Source: Octopus bimaculoides
Taxonomy: Eukaryota
Length of the DNA: 64,000 bases
Assembly (NCBI RefSeq): GCF_001194135.2
Contig: NC_068995.1
Span: 30,757,630-30,821,629, forward strand
Reading direction: 5' to 3'
Positions 12,443 to 25,804 of the stretch are shown here, in pieces. Position 1 is the first letter of the stretch. Every line of letters starts with the position of its first letter. The notes beneath the pieces are model-generated. The model was not told the origin of the DNA. It was given only the letters and a program-made list of their open reading frames with translations, and made no database searches. The translations under genes and the position numbers were made by a program.

Positions 12443-12859
12443 CTGAGAATAGAATACAGGAATAATCAACAAATATTATATAAATTATGATAACAAAAAC
12501 ATTCATTTTAATTGGTAAATGTGAACACATTTCAACTTCATCACATTTCATTTAAATTTCACCATAACACTCCTAGAAAATTTAATATCTCACATCCAAC
12601 ATACATACAAACACTTAGTATGTATTCAGGTCATCATATTTCCACATGAAACAGATCAGAATACTATGTCTAACAACTTTCAAGAGACTCTGAAACTACT
12701 GTAAATGTTCTAAACAGGACAATCATTGCATGATATACATATATTAGTCACAATATACATACATTAGTCATGCAAGATATACATACAGTAGTCATGTCCT
12801 TCTTCCCCCAAAAAATTACTTGTTAATTTTTACATTCATGTACATATATTCTATGTTAA

Positions 12860-13100
12860 TATCTTTCCAACAACAACTGTGGGACCTTTTGAAATCTATA
12901 TGTCTAAGATTCATGGATATGCTTACAAAATCAAAAAACAACACAGCACCCATGACTTTCAGAAACATTTTTTTACACTCAGAATTGCAAAAACATGGAA
13001 TAAACCACCCACATCAGTTGTAAGCTGTCAAGACACTACAACTTTCAAAACTTCCACACTTACCGAAATTCACCAACAGTACACCTGATGTCCCCTGCTT
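12860..13100 (+). mobile_element. CR1-like LINE 3' fragment
   Basis: ORF 12879-13088: HGYAYKIKKQ...KHFFTLRIAKTWNKPP.SVV...TFK matches the CR1 ORF2 C-terminus. Confidence 0.75.
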
Positions 13101-13230
13101 TTTTTTTTTCTTTTTCCTTAAATGACTCACTTTCTGTGCATTATTCTATGTACTGTTCATGCACATTTGGCTACTTTTTCTGTGTTGTAATACACATAAG
13201 CATTGCATACAGTAAGTTCACTGTGTGTGT

Positions 13231-13287
<57 letters not shown>

Positions 13288-13399
13288 TGCATGCACGCAC
13301 AAATGGTATTTGATATATTATGTATATAACCATCTGTTTTCTGCAGAATTACTTACAAATCAGTGCAGCAAAAGAACTCAATAAAAAAAAACAACTCAC

Positions 13400-13540
13400 N
13401 NNNNNNNNNNNNNNNNNNNNNNNNNNNNNNNNNNNNNNNNNNNNNNNNNNNNNNNNNNNNNNNNNNNNNNNNNNNNNNNNNNNNNNNNNNNNNNNNNNNN
13501 NNNNNNNNNNNNNNNNNNNNNNNNNNNNNNNNNNNNNNNN
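13400..13540 (-). CDS. cry2: Inferred cryptochrome exon 6 (AWVA...LSPYLRFGCLS... segment), hidden in the N-gap 13400-13743
   Basis: The segment is absent from readable sequence between exons 5 and 7. Both flanking exons are phase 0, and a GTGAGT donor (13399-13394) directly abuts the gap. The end coordinate assumes the ~141 bp size of the vertebrate exon. Confidence 0.55.
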
Positions 13541-13743
13541 NNNNNNNNNNNNNNNNNNNNNNNNNNNNNNNNNNNNNNNNNNNNNNNNNNNNNNNNNNNN
13601 NNNNNNNNNNNNNNNNNNNNNNNNNNNNNNNNNNNNNNNNNNNNNNNNNNNNNNNNNNNNNNNNNNNNNNNNNNNNNNNNNNNNNNNNNNNNNNNNNNNN
13701 NNNNNNNNNNNNNNNNNNNNNNNNNNNNNNNNNNNNNNNNNNN

Positions 13744-13780
<37 letters not shown>

Positions 13781-14541
13781 GTAATGAGTAAATTGTTACC
13801 ATTTATATTTTTAATTTTGTGCATGTGCATCGTTTGCTTTTGGCTAAGGTTTCAATATTTACCTGAAAGAATTGACAAGAAAGCCAATCTAATGTATTTA
13901 CTCACAAAAACTATGATATAGTTTACACAAGATAAATCTGGATACACATTTTAGTGGTATTGATGAAGAACTAGTCTTTGAATGTATTCATGCTACATTC
14001 CTCACAAAAACATTTGGTAGTTACTTCCAGACATGGTGTGTGGAATGTGTCGACCATTTCAATTAACCATTGTAAACAACTTACACATGCAAGTGCTACC
14101 AGTCAAGAACTCCACATACCAGCAGCCAGCAAGTGCATGGGGTCATCAGGAGAGAATGCACGCCGTTTCGAAGCCTACTTTTTGATGGCATCAATGCGCA
14201 CCAGCCCCACTCACTGATATGAGGCCATGCTTGCTAGATCAACTGGTTAAGTTAATTAGTTCTTTAGAATTTCACATTAAAGTCATACAAATATTTCAAA
14301 AAGAAATTTTTTTTCTACTTGAGCCAATTGCATCACCATCCATGGCAATTATTCTATCACAATAACAATATTAAAGTAATGATTTTATTAATAATAATCT
14401 TATAGTAACGATTCTAGTAATAATACTGTAGTAATGATTCTAATAACAACACTAATGATTCTATTAATAACACTAAAAAACGATTCCTATAGCAACAATA
14501 CTAACATAATGATTCTAAACAAGTAAAATATGTTGACTTAC

Positions 14542-14630
14542 CTTGCGTTCTAAATGTCTGTCTAGTCTTGCTAATGCTTCTGATTCTCCACCATGAAAAT
14601 GTGCCAAGTCAAGGCCTTCTGTCTCAAACC
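14542..14630 (-). CDS. cry2: Cryptochrome exon 5 ([29 protein letters not shown])
   Basis: 89 bp, TAG acceptor, GTAAGT donor, phase 1/0. Confidence 0.95.
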
Positions 14631-14937
14631 CTACAAGAAATAAATATAAAACTTTATATCAGAAGAAAGTTGGTTTCCATTCCATAAATACATAGAAAGT
14701 GCTCAGTAAGTGTTAAACCTCTATGGGAAAGTTGAATAACATTTTTTTTTAAATGCAACCAAGAATAATCCATCTAAAAGATAGCAACATCGACTTCATT
14801 GTAGATATCCTTCAAATCAAATCAAAGTAATCTAACAAGCTTTAAAGTATTTTTTTTATCATTTTAACATATGAATCTATGTATTTAAAACATATTATGA
14901 AACTGGGAAAGAAAGATAATTATAAATAAAAACTAAC

Positions 14938-15122
14938 CAAGATCTTCTAATGTTGGAACTCCATATTTGTCATCATGATCACTGGAAAGTGGTGTTTGAC
15001 AATTTCCCCAATCACTGGCAGTAATAATATCTAATGGTTTTGGTGGCATTTTCATATTTTCTAGAATTTTCTGAAATTTGTTGTATGTTAAAGGTGGTCG
15101 ACCACCATTTAAATCAAGGATC
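14938..15122 (-). CDS. cry2: Cryptochrome exon 4 (ILDLNGGRPPLTYNKFQ...DHDDKYGVPTLEDLG)
   Basis: 185 bp inside ORF 14933-15136; CAG acceptor, GTTAGT donor. Confidence 0.95.
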
Positions 15123-16365
15123 CTGAGAGAGAACAAAAGAACAAAGTTAAATTAATTTAAAATTAAATTAAATAAAATGGCTTTCAACATAGGTCTGATT
15201 AATTAGGGCCAGATCTTTGAACATAGGTTTCATTAATTAGGACTGAGCTTTGATTGCAGAGATGTGCTTAATTAGGAGTTATTTTTCAACAGATCATTTT
15301 TAATAAGGTGTGACATTTGAACAGAGGGATACGTAAAGAGGACTAATTTTTCAACATAGGAGACTTTTGAACACAAGGTCTCCTTAAATTGAACAGAGCT
15401 GGATTGAACAACAGAGAGGGAGCTTCAATATAGTCACCGAACCTGCTAGAAACAACAGTTAAATATTTCAAATCCCACTATCATTTTCAAAAAAATGAAA
15501 TAGTTCAGTCATTTGTGCTATATATCCAATCCCTTATATTGCTTTAAATTGTGCAAATTTAAGTGAGGAAATAAATATTTTATAGAACAGAAAACACTTA
15601 TTACTAAGGACAAAATGAACTGCCATCTGAAAGACCTGCATAATTTACAAAAGAGAGATAACCAGATAAACTGCAAGTAAATTGCAATAGAATGGCTTTT
15701 CTCCACTTGTCTTAAATTGAAGCTTGTATTTCATCAGCTTTCAAAGAAAATTTGCAATACCTCTGCCAAACATCTTTCATCAGAGTGATACAAAGAAATA
15801 ACATGGTTTCATCGAGTTGTTTAAAAGCTGCTGTCTGTGAACATTACATTAAAAGAAGTATTTGACAACTGTATTTAATAAAAAATAGAAAAGAATAATA
15901 TTATCGCTAGCAGTAACTACTGTCAAGTACTTACATCATAAGATCTCCATATTCTGGAGACAAAGCATCCACGGGTGTGGGTGGGTGGGTGTGTGTGTGC
16001 ATGCATGTATGACTGCTTAAATTCTGCAATGAGCTGATCTATGAACACTGATGTTTATTTACTTTCCTCTGACAACAAATCAGGGAGTTCAAAGGGCTTT
16101 CAAAGTGGAATGAAAACTCCCTTATTTGAAAAACAGATAAGAATTGGCTATTAACAGGAAGACCATCGGGCTTCAAAACAATGCTTCAACAGTATGTATA
16201 AATCTAAACCATGTTAGCATGGGAAAACAAATGTAAAAAGAACAAATGTATATAAATATGTATATGTTTATATTTATATACACACACACAGAAACATATT
16301 ACACTGGGGTCCATATTTTAAGAAAGACTAAAAAAAATACATGAATAAATGTGAATGGTACTAAC

Positions 16366-16508
16366 TTTTGAGATTCATATAATGTGTGGCAGGTTCTAAT
16401 GATCACTTCAACACCAGCCTCTCTTGCTAACGTACAGATGGCATTATCACGGTCTTTTCCAAATGGCTCAGGATCATCTTCAAAAGATAGTGTGTTGATA
16501 TTCCATTC
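16366..16508 (-). CDS. cry2: Cryptochrome exon 3 ([48 protein letters not shown])
   Basis: 143 bp inside ORF 16299-16631; AG acceptor, GTTAGT donor, frame consistent. Confidence 0.95.
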
Positions 16509-18416
16509 CTTAAAAAGAAAAGAGAAGAAAATACCAACAGGTATTACTACAAATCCTGAAAAATGTGAAAGATTGATGGCGTTCTCAAAGATAGTAATGA
16601 CATACAATACAACTGCACCATCCAGAGCCAATTTAAGATTTTGATAATCCCTGGGCTACACATGCTATGGTGATGCAGGTCTACAAGTACTACAAGACCC
16701 TTTGCTAGAGGTACTGTGATGACATTGGACTACCTATACATACCGAGGGACTAGCGGGGCAGGGGTTTCTAAACATCGGGCTACAGACCAATACCGGGCT
16801 GTAAATCATTTGGGTACTGGGCAACACAGAAAGAATAAGTTCTTAGATTCTATTTCATTTTATTTATTATTGCAATCTGCAGGGTGTTTTGGCATTATAC
16901 ACTTTATTGGGTTTTGTATTGTGTACTAAGAGCACTTTGGGTCACATGTACAGCTGTGACCCTCAGTGATATTTTCAAAATAACTTTTCACATAATCCCT
17001 GAAGCACTTTGAGCTACAGCCCCTAAACTAATACCTTAATCTAGCATTTTTAACAACTCAGAATCAAAACAAGGTCACAAACTCAGTTCAACAAGAGTAT
17101 CTATATACACTCTTCTAACATATATAAAGTACACACACAAATTTTGGCTGACCTCAATTCCCATCACCATCTTGAGTGAACGGATCACAATTGTAATAAT
17201 TAAAAATAAGCTTTAAATTCCATACAAATGGTATTTGAACTTTTTGAGCAGGGGAACTATTCTTTCACTGCCTTTCCATACCATATCATAGATTTCATGA
17301 TGTAAATTATATTAAATCAATAAATGCAAGGTCCAATAGTTTGTTTTCGAATAAAATACTAATTCTGGCAGTCTAATAACAAAGAACAAGTAAAATGTGC
17401 AAGAAGGAAAAATACATCTCCACGGGGTTCATTTTGAAAGTGCATTTATATCTAAGTTTCAATCTCACATAAAGCTGTCCTATTCTTTATATTTCTCAAT
17501 TTTTATACATGTCAGCAATTTTACAAATTTGGCATCCACCACCATCATCATCTTCCAGTTCAGATTCAATGTCAGTCTCCACTAATTAAGCTGACATGTC
17601 AGACTCCAATCATCAATGCAGTTGCTTGAGTTGTTTCTATTTTTATCCACAACAGAGATAAGCTAATCACACCAGAGAAAATAGAAACATATAATCACTG
17701 CCTGCAGCTAATCATATTTCTGAAATATCACTCCAGCTGATTGCTTTACAAAACAAAACACTGCTAATCTCTAAATCCTCACTAGTGGTTCATTCTCTGA
17801 ATTTTACTGTCCCTCCTTTTCCATGACTGCTAGAATTATAGGGAGACACCAGAAAGAAAAATATTTAAAGTCATGGATATGGTAGATTATTCTTAGTAAG
17901 CCTTTCATTGATGACATATTCATGTATGTCTTAGGCAAGTCAACTTATCATATCTTCTCAAAGTAATATACAGTTCATAAGCTGTTGAATTCAGTATTAA
18001 TTGCATTACTGCTTATAGCAATGAGATTTTCTTACCTATAATACGCATTGAGATAGGTGGACTGAGCCTGTTGAAAATTTTAAAGCTTTTGCTCCAGGAA
18101 AATGCAGTGTTGGTAACAGGATATAAATCACTAATCAATCAGATAGTTTTCCAATAGCCTATCAACACCCTCAAGATGATGGAGATTATGGTGGTGGCTG
18201 CATAATTACCACACCTGCCACCAACAGCAACACTGTTTCAATGTCTGTCATTCCATACCCCTATGTGTTTGATGGGTTTGCAGCACAGCAAACTCCCTCT
18301 CATCTGTAATATCTGGCCTCACCATTTTCTCACTGATCTTCCTGTCATATACAAAGTTTTTCCAAGCATCACCATTTTACAAATACACTCTAAGATGCTC
18401 AGAAAGTAAGCTCATG

Positions 18417-18447
<31 letters not shown>

Positions 18448-18768
18448 ACACACACACACAAACCACATGTAGGGTGTCCACAAATTATCTTTACAACTTC
18501 CACAATGTATATGTACACACGCTCACACATTTTACTAATAGAGCTGCAATTTTCCTTTTATTAATATTGTTATTTTTAATTGAAAATTAGACATTAATTT
18601 GGAAGTCATTACTAACTTTATTTTAAGCAAGAGCAAAGGCTGATGGAAAGGTCCAAACAGATTTATGCACAAACAATTTTGATTTAGAGAAGATATCTAC
18701 CATCATCTGCCTATCCCTACCATTACCATCATCTACCATCATCATTTGTGAATATTTAAAATCTAGAC

Positions 18769-19028
18769 CAATGGTTCTTAAACTTTTTTGGACTGCTGCC
18801 CACTTGGCACTCAGGTCACATTCCCAGTGCCCCTACTCCTAACTCATCACCACAAACACAGAGCATTTTCTGCAGTAAATTCAAAACAATAGTATTTCAC
18901 AAATAAAACTTAACTTAATTAACCAATTATTTTGTTGTTTTTACATCCACTGCCCCCTTTTGGCCACCCCTTTATCACCTCACTTTTCTTCAATGTCTCC
19001 CTGGATCTTTCCACTTCAGGAACCACTG
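18769..19028. mobile_element. hAT (Charlie-like) MITE
   Basis: Termini CAATGGTTCTTAAAC ... GGAACCACTG; partial 8 bp TSD (atctagac/ttcaagac). Confidence 0.55.
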
Positions 19029-20414
19029 TTCAAGACTATCGTATGATAGATTAGATTGCAAAAGAATATATATCATCCAGTTATTTCAATAATTTAAAAA
19101 ATTATTGTAATATTTATCAAAGTTTGCAATACTTAAAGACCTTTCTAAATATTTACACTTCAGTAAAATATATAGAATCAATTAATTGATCTTGTATCAT
19201 TAGAAGTATCTCTGGAAAGGTGATCAGCTCCACTAACTACTAAAAAATAAAGAAATAGCAGTTGTAACAATTATGTAATTTCAAACAGTATTTAGTAAAA
19301 TCAGCAAAATAGCTGTCACTTGGAATTGAACCTAAATAGCAAAATTTGATTCATCAGGAACTACCATTTATACTTCAACTCTCAACATATGTAGTTAATT
19401 GGCAATACAGAATGTAGAGTCATAAGATTTTAAATCTAAAAGCCAAATGTTACTCAACATCCTTATTGTCAAGGTCCCTTATGTTGTGTTAATCCTTGTC
19501 ACATAAAAGCTTCAGAATGAAACAATGCCATAAAACCAAGAAACAAAAAGAGATTTAAGTCTGCTGTAATACAATAAACTTTGAAACAGATAAAAAGGAC
19601 AATAAGTAAACTTTAACCAGAATAAAGATGAAAAAATAGCAAAAATATGATTATAATCTTATTGTTTATATTTTTTCCTGTTTTGTATTTTTTATCTATT
19701 AATAATTTACAGTACAGTTTATTGGTGAACAGCAAGAACTAAGCTGTGACTAACCCAATTTCACTTTACTCGGGCTGTTAATGCTCTTCAAAAATTCAAT
19801 AAAAACACAGCTCGTAATACTTCCTATTTTCTCTAAAACAAAGACGTTGCACCTATTTTAAAAAACAGAACAATTCATAATTTAAGTATTTACTTTATTC
19901 TAAAATATTTATTCGCCAAGAGTAAATATCAGTGTAAAAGTTATGCTTTAATCAATATGATCATAGAGCTAAGCTTTGAATCCAGTTGTAGCCATTTCAC
20001 TTCAACTTCTTTGGCCATCAAAAAGATAAAATATTGAAACTAGCTGCTCAGAAGTTAGTTCTTCTGCAGATGATTTGGTACAATTTAAGATAGGGAGAAG
20101 TGGTTTATTTTTCGTAGTTACATTTCACCTAACAGTAGGAAAAAATACAAAATCATCACAGAATGTGACTTGTAATGTTACTTTCCCATTTAGATGTTTG
20201 ATCTTTATTTTTTGTAAAATCACTAACAAGGAAAGGTATTCTTTATTCCTTTAAAAATATCAAGCATTTAGTGTCTAAGATATTATATTTTCAGGTAAAA
20301 TATTGGTGCAATAATTTTACATGGCTTTCAGTTTGTTAAAATTTTGTGTAGATCATTTAGGAATTTTACCTGAAATGGGCAACATGGGCGATTTAGATTT
20401 CAAAATAAACTTAC

Positions 20415-20523
20415 TTTAAATAGCTGAGGAAACATATTAGCAGGTTGTCCACGGATTACAAACAAACGGGAATTTAATTTCCGTAATGAATCATCCAAAT
20501 CTTCCAGGCAATTCAATAGAAAT
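20415..20523 (-). CDS. cry2: Cryptochrome exon 2 ([36 protein letters not shown])
   Basis: 109 bp, poly-T + CAG acceptor, GTAAGT donor; phase 2/0 joins exons 1 and 3 in frame. Confidence 0.95.
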
Positions 20524-21274
20524 CTGGAAAAAAAAATTTATTATAATCAATGAACAATCAGTATTGATAATATTTGAACAAAAATATTCATTAAAGATTG
20601 GAAAAATGTGCAGAAAAAGATAGAACAGGGAGTTACATTCCACCAATCTAGTTAGTGCTTTATATGGTTCAAATATCAGCACAAGGCCAGCAAGTTCAGA
20701 GGAGGGAATGAGTTGATTACATTGACCCCAGTGCTGAACTGGTACTTATTTCATTGACCTCAAAAGCATGAAAGGCCAAGTCAACCTCGGCAGAATTTGA
20801 ACTCAAAACGCAAAGACAAACAAAATGCTCCTCATGTAACAAAAGTTACATGAGGAGATGAAGGCATATCTTGAATTTTTTTTTTCCTTAGAGGGTTTCT
20901 GCAGGTAACAATTTACAGAAACTACTACAATTTACAGCTCAGACAGGAAACTGATATCCAGGAATCAATATCTTGTCAAAATATACGAAAACACCTACAT
21001 GTAACTAAACTGTATTCAACCTACCTGGGCAAGGTGATGATGACATGACAACAAGTAAAAATTATTCACAATGTACACCAACAATCATGATATTCTATCA
21101 CCAAATTCATGCAATAGTTATATTTTCATTATTTTTATAATGGACTAATTTTGATACATTTCATCAAAATTTCTGATTTCTAACAGGGCTGGGAGATACA
21201 CATAATATATATTATGCTTATTAATTCATTTTGCAGGATTCCTGATGTGAAATCATGTGTTGAAACAGATATTG

Positions 21275-21539
21275 TTGTATTTCAGGATGGTCATTTTTTT
21301 TTTTTTTTTTTGCCAAATAAGCAGACACACTATATATTTTTTCTTCACTCGTTTATTGCTGTTCTTATTTTATTATTTTAACTCGTGTCCATTGCCTGGA
21401 AATTTTTCATCACACATCTGTGATCTCTTCAGCGACAATGGACACGAGTTAAAATAATAAAGTGAGAACAGTAATAAATGAGTGAAGAAAAAATATATAG
21501 TGCATGTTTATTTCGCAAAAAAAATGACCATCCCGAAAT

Positions 21540-21543
<4 letters not shown>
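21275..21543. mobile_element. Palindromic MITE (~120 bp arms, 41 nt loop) in cry intron 1
   Basis: 21275-21394 pairs with 21436-21543. Confidence 0.8.
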
Positions 21544-21591
<48 letters not shown>

Positions 21592-22339
21592 TTCTCCTAA
21601 ACTACTAACATGCTAAGCACTTCAAACCACTGGTAATGAACCTCATTCTTTTAATTCTCCCACATGTAAACATTTTCATTTCACCTATATCACTAAAGGA
21701 AAGCAAAAACGTACCCTATTGCCATTTGCAGCTAAATGAAAGTCCAGAAGAAATTAATTGGTATCCCCACATTACAGAAGTGATGTATCCTTGAATTCCA
21801 CATTACATCAAAATTTTTATGAATACAACACAAGAATTATGTATAATAGCGCCATAGTTATCCAAACAGATTCCATGACATCAGATAGTTATGCAAACAC
21901 TAGGACTCCAGTTTGTTTCATACAATTGTTCCTTTTGCTTATGTTTTAAGTTTTCACATTTCAAAACAATAACTTATTCTATTATTTAGGTCTTGAGGAA
22001 GAGGTGGTGACATGGTCATTACAGGTCAACCAACACCAAAGAGATTGAGGTTATTAACATGCTGTTTAAACTGCTATGAGCTAACATCTGCAGGAAAGAT
22101 ATGTGCAAGGTTTGGAGATGGACATAACATGGGCGATGGGAAGAGGAGAGATGAAAGAGTCAACATGAAACTAACCAACTCCAAAAAGCAGAGACCACTA
22201 TTGTAACAATCAACAGAGAGAGGAAACATTATTTCTGTGGGCCAAATGTTACACAATGCCTAATTGACTTCAGGATTATCAGTCAAAGATGTTGGTGTGT
22301 ATAACAGTAGCAACACCGTCCCAACGTGGGAACAGTACT

Positions 22340-22473
22340 TTTTTATAATGAAACATTAGGAATTGTATTTAAAAAATTGTTCAAATATTTTGGGTACTGG
22401 AGAAGTATAATCAATTTATTGCAGATACATTTTAACAACAAAATCTTATGTGGACCCTGGTTGAGAACCACTA
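22340..22473 (-). mobile_element. hAT MITE, same family as 29968-30194
   Basis: GGTTGAGAACCACT terminus and internal similarity to the 29968 copy. Confidence 0.65.
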
Positions 22474-22759
22474 CTCTAGTGTCATTAAATACTCATATAC
22501 TATGGTTCATTCAGTTGGTTCCAGTTCTCTCTTGTACAACTGTAATTATCATCATAATCATTCGACATTTGATAGCTTCAAGCAGATTTCTACTGCATCA
22601 CCTGCTACACCTCCATATTGCTGAAGTGTATGCAGTATTGTGTGTTCTTTTTTGTTGTTGGGAAAGTGCAAACTCTTCCCGTTATTGTATTGCAGCCATT
22701 TGTTTTGTTATGCGGTTTGGTTGCATTAGTGTTTGTACTGTGTGTTGTGTGTGTAACAG

Positions 22760-23040
22760 GAGTTGAGATCCTAAAACCAAGGTGCCACATAAAAAACATT
22801 GGTGAGGGTGCTGGTGCCATATAAAAAGTACTGGTGTCATGTAAAAAGCACTGGTGATGGTGCCACATAAAAATCACCCAGTACACATTGTAAAGTGGTA
22901 GGCATTAAGAAGGGCATCCAAGAATCCAAGCCAAAACAGACTATGGAACCTGGTGCAGCCCCTGGCCTTGCCAGTTCCTGTCAAGCCATCCAACCCATGC
23001 TAGCATGGAAAACAGGTGTTAAAAGTTGGTGGTGATGATG
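22760..23040 (+). mobile_element. RTE-LINE 3' UTR fragment
   Basis: GAGATCCTAAAACCAAGGTGC..., AAGGGCATCC, CCAACCCATGCTAGCATGG, (GAT)n; colinear with 62015-62300. Confidence 0.75.
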
Positions 23041-25314
23041 AATGGTCAAGATATTCAGTTTCAGTTACACAATATTAATCAAATGTATTTTGTTATTGCA
23101 AGACATCTCTGTCATCAATAGTCAACAGGTAACCACTATGGTTTTAGTTACACAATTTTTTTATAGTTATCATAATCTAGTCCAGGAGTCTAGAAACTAG
23201 AAAGTCTATCCCAGCACTACAACTTGACAACTTCCAACAAACTAAGTGGTAAAGTATTGTGAAATATTTTCTCAAAAATATTTTATTTAGGTCAGCAGCT
23301 ATAAATAATAATGATATAACAAAATATAATTTTAAACAAAATTGTAGCACCACCATCCCATGGTTTAGTGTAGTGATTCTATGTCAAAAATGCAGCAAGT
23401 ATTTGTAAATTATAGTGTATGATGGGGAGGAGTTGATACAAATGATTTTAAAGCAGCAGATTAAGTGACTTAAGCCTACTCAGTGTTTGGCTGGCTGCCT
23501 CTAAAAATGTTACCACTAACCTGGTCTTCTCTCCAGTAAAATATTGGTTTCAAATTTTGGTACAAGGCCAGCAATTTTACAGGAGGGGATAAGTTGATTA
23601 CATCAACCCCAGTGTTCAACTGATACTTATTTTATCCACACCAAAAGGATGAATGAAGGCAAAGATGACCTTGGCAGAATTTGAACTCAGAATGTAAGGA
23701 CAAACGAAATGTCACTAAGCATTTTGCCTCATATGCCAGCTCGCTTCCAGTAAAATATTAAAGCTGGTTGAATTATCTAACTCCTCTCATAAAAAAAAAC
23801 TTACAATCATAACTTTCCTGTTGGTTTGCATTTTTTAAACTTGATTTCTCAAAATAAACTTATCCTTTTCTTTTAATAAATCTTTTGATACCAACTTGCC
23901 TGAGGCTGCTGTGGTTGTACAACATGAATTTCATGATTTAAAAAGTAAGCTAAATTAAAACATACCAGCAAACTTACATTACAAAGTAATTTTACTAAAT
24001 TCTTCTTTGTTAACGCAGTACAGCTGTAAAAACAGCAGAAACATTGGATATATTTTTTTCCTGTCTGAAGGGTAATAATACCCAATCTTTCTGCCGTTTT
24101 CATGGTTATATTGCATTCAAAATATTACCTTCTTGTCTGTATAATACAATACATATTCAATGCTTCTAAAAACAAAATAAAAAGGCAGTATATTCCAACA
24201 GAAAACATGGGAACATAAAGGCCAATTTTTCACACTGAGAAAGGTACCACTAATTGTTAAGGTTGTGATTTTGGAAAGATTTCACTGCCCTGTTGACTAG
24301 TAATTAAGCTGCATATTCATTATGCAGATAACATGACTTGCAAACAATAACACCACCACTGTAATTAAAACACTAATTAACACAATTAGAATTTCACTTC
24401 GTTAGTTGAGAAATACATTTATTTTATCTTCTTTGTTATGGACAGGCAATGTAGAGTTCAAAACCCAATTTCAGTTCTTGAGTTTTACTTCACAACACTT
24501 AAGAACCACTAATAGTTTCTCCCTTCCTTTAGTTGATGAATTTAATTAATCACTAAGTGATAGCAGCCAAATTTCTTTCAAATCACACCTATCTTTCTTA
24601 AAACATGAAAAGAAACATTAGACAATAGAGTTCAAATAGTGTGTCTGAGAGAAAAAAGATAGGATGGTCACAAACTGGAACACCTTTGACAGTAAGTGAG
24701 GTCTGTTCCATCAGTGTTGGACCTGGACACACATTTCTTTTTAGCCATAATTTTCAAAAGGGACCCAATGCTTAAAGTGTGAAAATCACTCTTAAATATT
24801 GTTTCCATATTATCACATTTCTTTTTTCTTCTAAAGCAAAAGAAAAACATAAAAATTTCATACTATTTTGAAGTTGTAAGGTAGAAAGAAGTAACTAGTA
24901 AAAAAAAAATTCATAATTCAGTGGCCAAGTTGGATTTGGATGAAGAAAAGTCCCTACCAATTTCCCACAATGGCATATATATATNNNNNNNNNNNNNNNN
25001 NNNNNNNNNNNNNNNNNNNNNNNNNNNNNNNNNNNNNNNNNNNNNNNNNNNNNNNNNNNNNNNNNNNNNNNNNNNNNNNNNNNNNTATATATATATGCCC
25101 TAACTCTTCGAAATGCTTAGTTTAGAATAGGGGCAGCTGATGAAGGAAATATTCTCTATGTGGCCTGTTTGTTTTCTGTGCTCTGTTCATGTTCTGTTTT
25201 TCATTTTGTCCACGTTTTTTTTGTGACGTCCTGTACCCAGATATGCATCTATAAATACATGTAGATGTAGGTATGTACATACATGTACGTTTATATGCAT
25301 ATACTCACATATTT

Positions 25315-25360
<46 letters not shown>

Positions 25361-25531
25361 TAAAATATAATATACTCCATGATCGAAACTGCAGTTTTCA
25401 TGGGTGTAAAGGATAAATATGCATCACATTCAGCTGTATATTTTTGGGAGTACAGTTGAATATTAGTTATGTGATGACACTTGATCGCATACGTATTTGA
25501 TCCTAGCACTCACAAATTTATAACTCGGAGT

Positions 25532-25593
25532 ATCACACTGAGGAGAATAATAGGTGAATATAATTTACATTAAATTTGAAACGCGTCTGTGAT
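25532..25593 (+). ncRNA. Minimal type I hammerhead ribozyme
   Basis: ATCACA-CTGAGGA-(stem II hairpin)-GAAAC-GC-GTC-TGTGAT: 6 bp stem I, conserved core, palindromic ACGCGT stem III. Stem II closes with G.U. Confidence 0.75.
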
Positions 25594-25766
25594 TAACCGA
25601 AGTCGTGTGGATTCATCATTTTTCTTTTTACCTACATATAAAAGTGTGTTGTCTCAGAGATTTCTATGGTAGTTGAAAAGACATTAGTGTCTATTTCTAA
25701 TTCAGTACATGGCAAGGCACTTAGCTGACCTCTGATTATAATTATGTATATAATCATAGAATATTT

Positions 25767-25804
<38 letters not shown>

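Noticed and set aside
14041-14220. GC-richer stretch checked as the missing exon 6
   Set aside because: No frame resembles CRY; stops in all minus frames.
14330-15420. Degenerate short tandem repeats near exons 4 and 5 (14330-14520, 15180-15420) as CRISPR-like arrays
   Set aside because: Irregular minisatellites without constant repeats and unique spacers, in a eukaryotic intron.
15935-15953. 19 nt AG..GTAAGT micro-exon candidate in intron 3
   Set aside because: Frameshifting, weak polypyrimidine tract, and exons 3 and 4 already join in frame.
24668-24850. 60 aa ORF after a pyrimidine-rich acceptor in intron 1
   Set aside because: No homology, no clear donor, and it ends in a stop; cannot be separated from chance.
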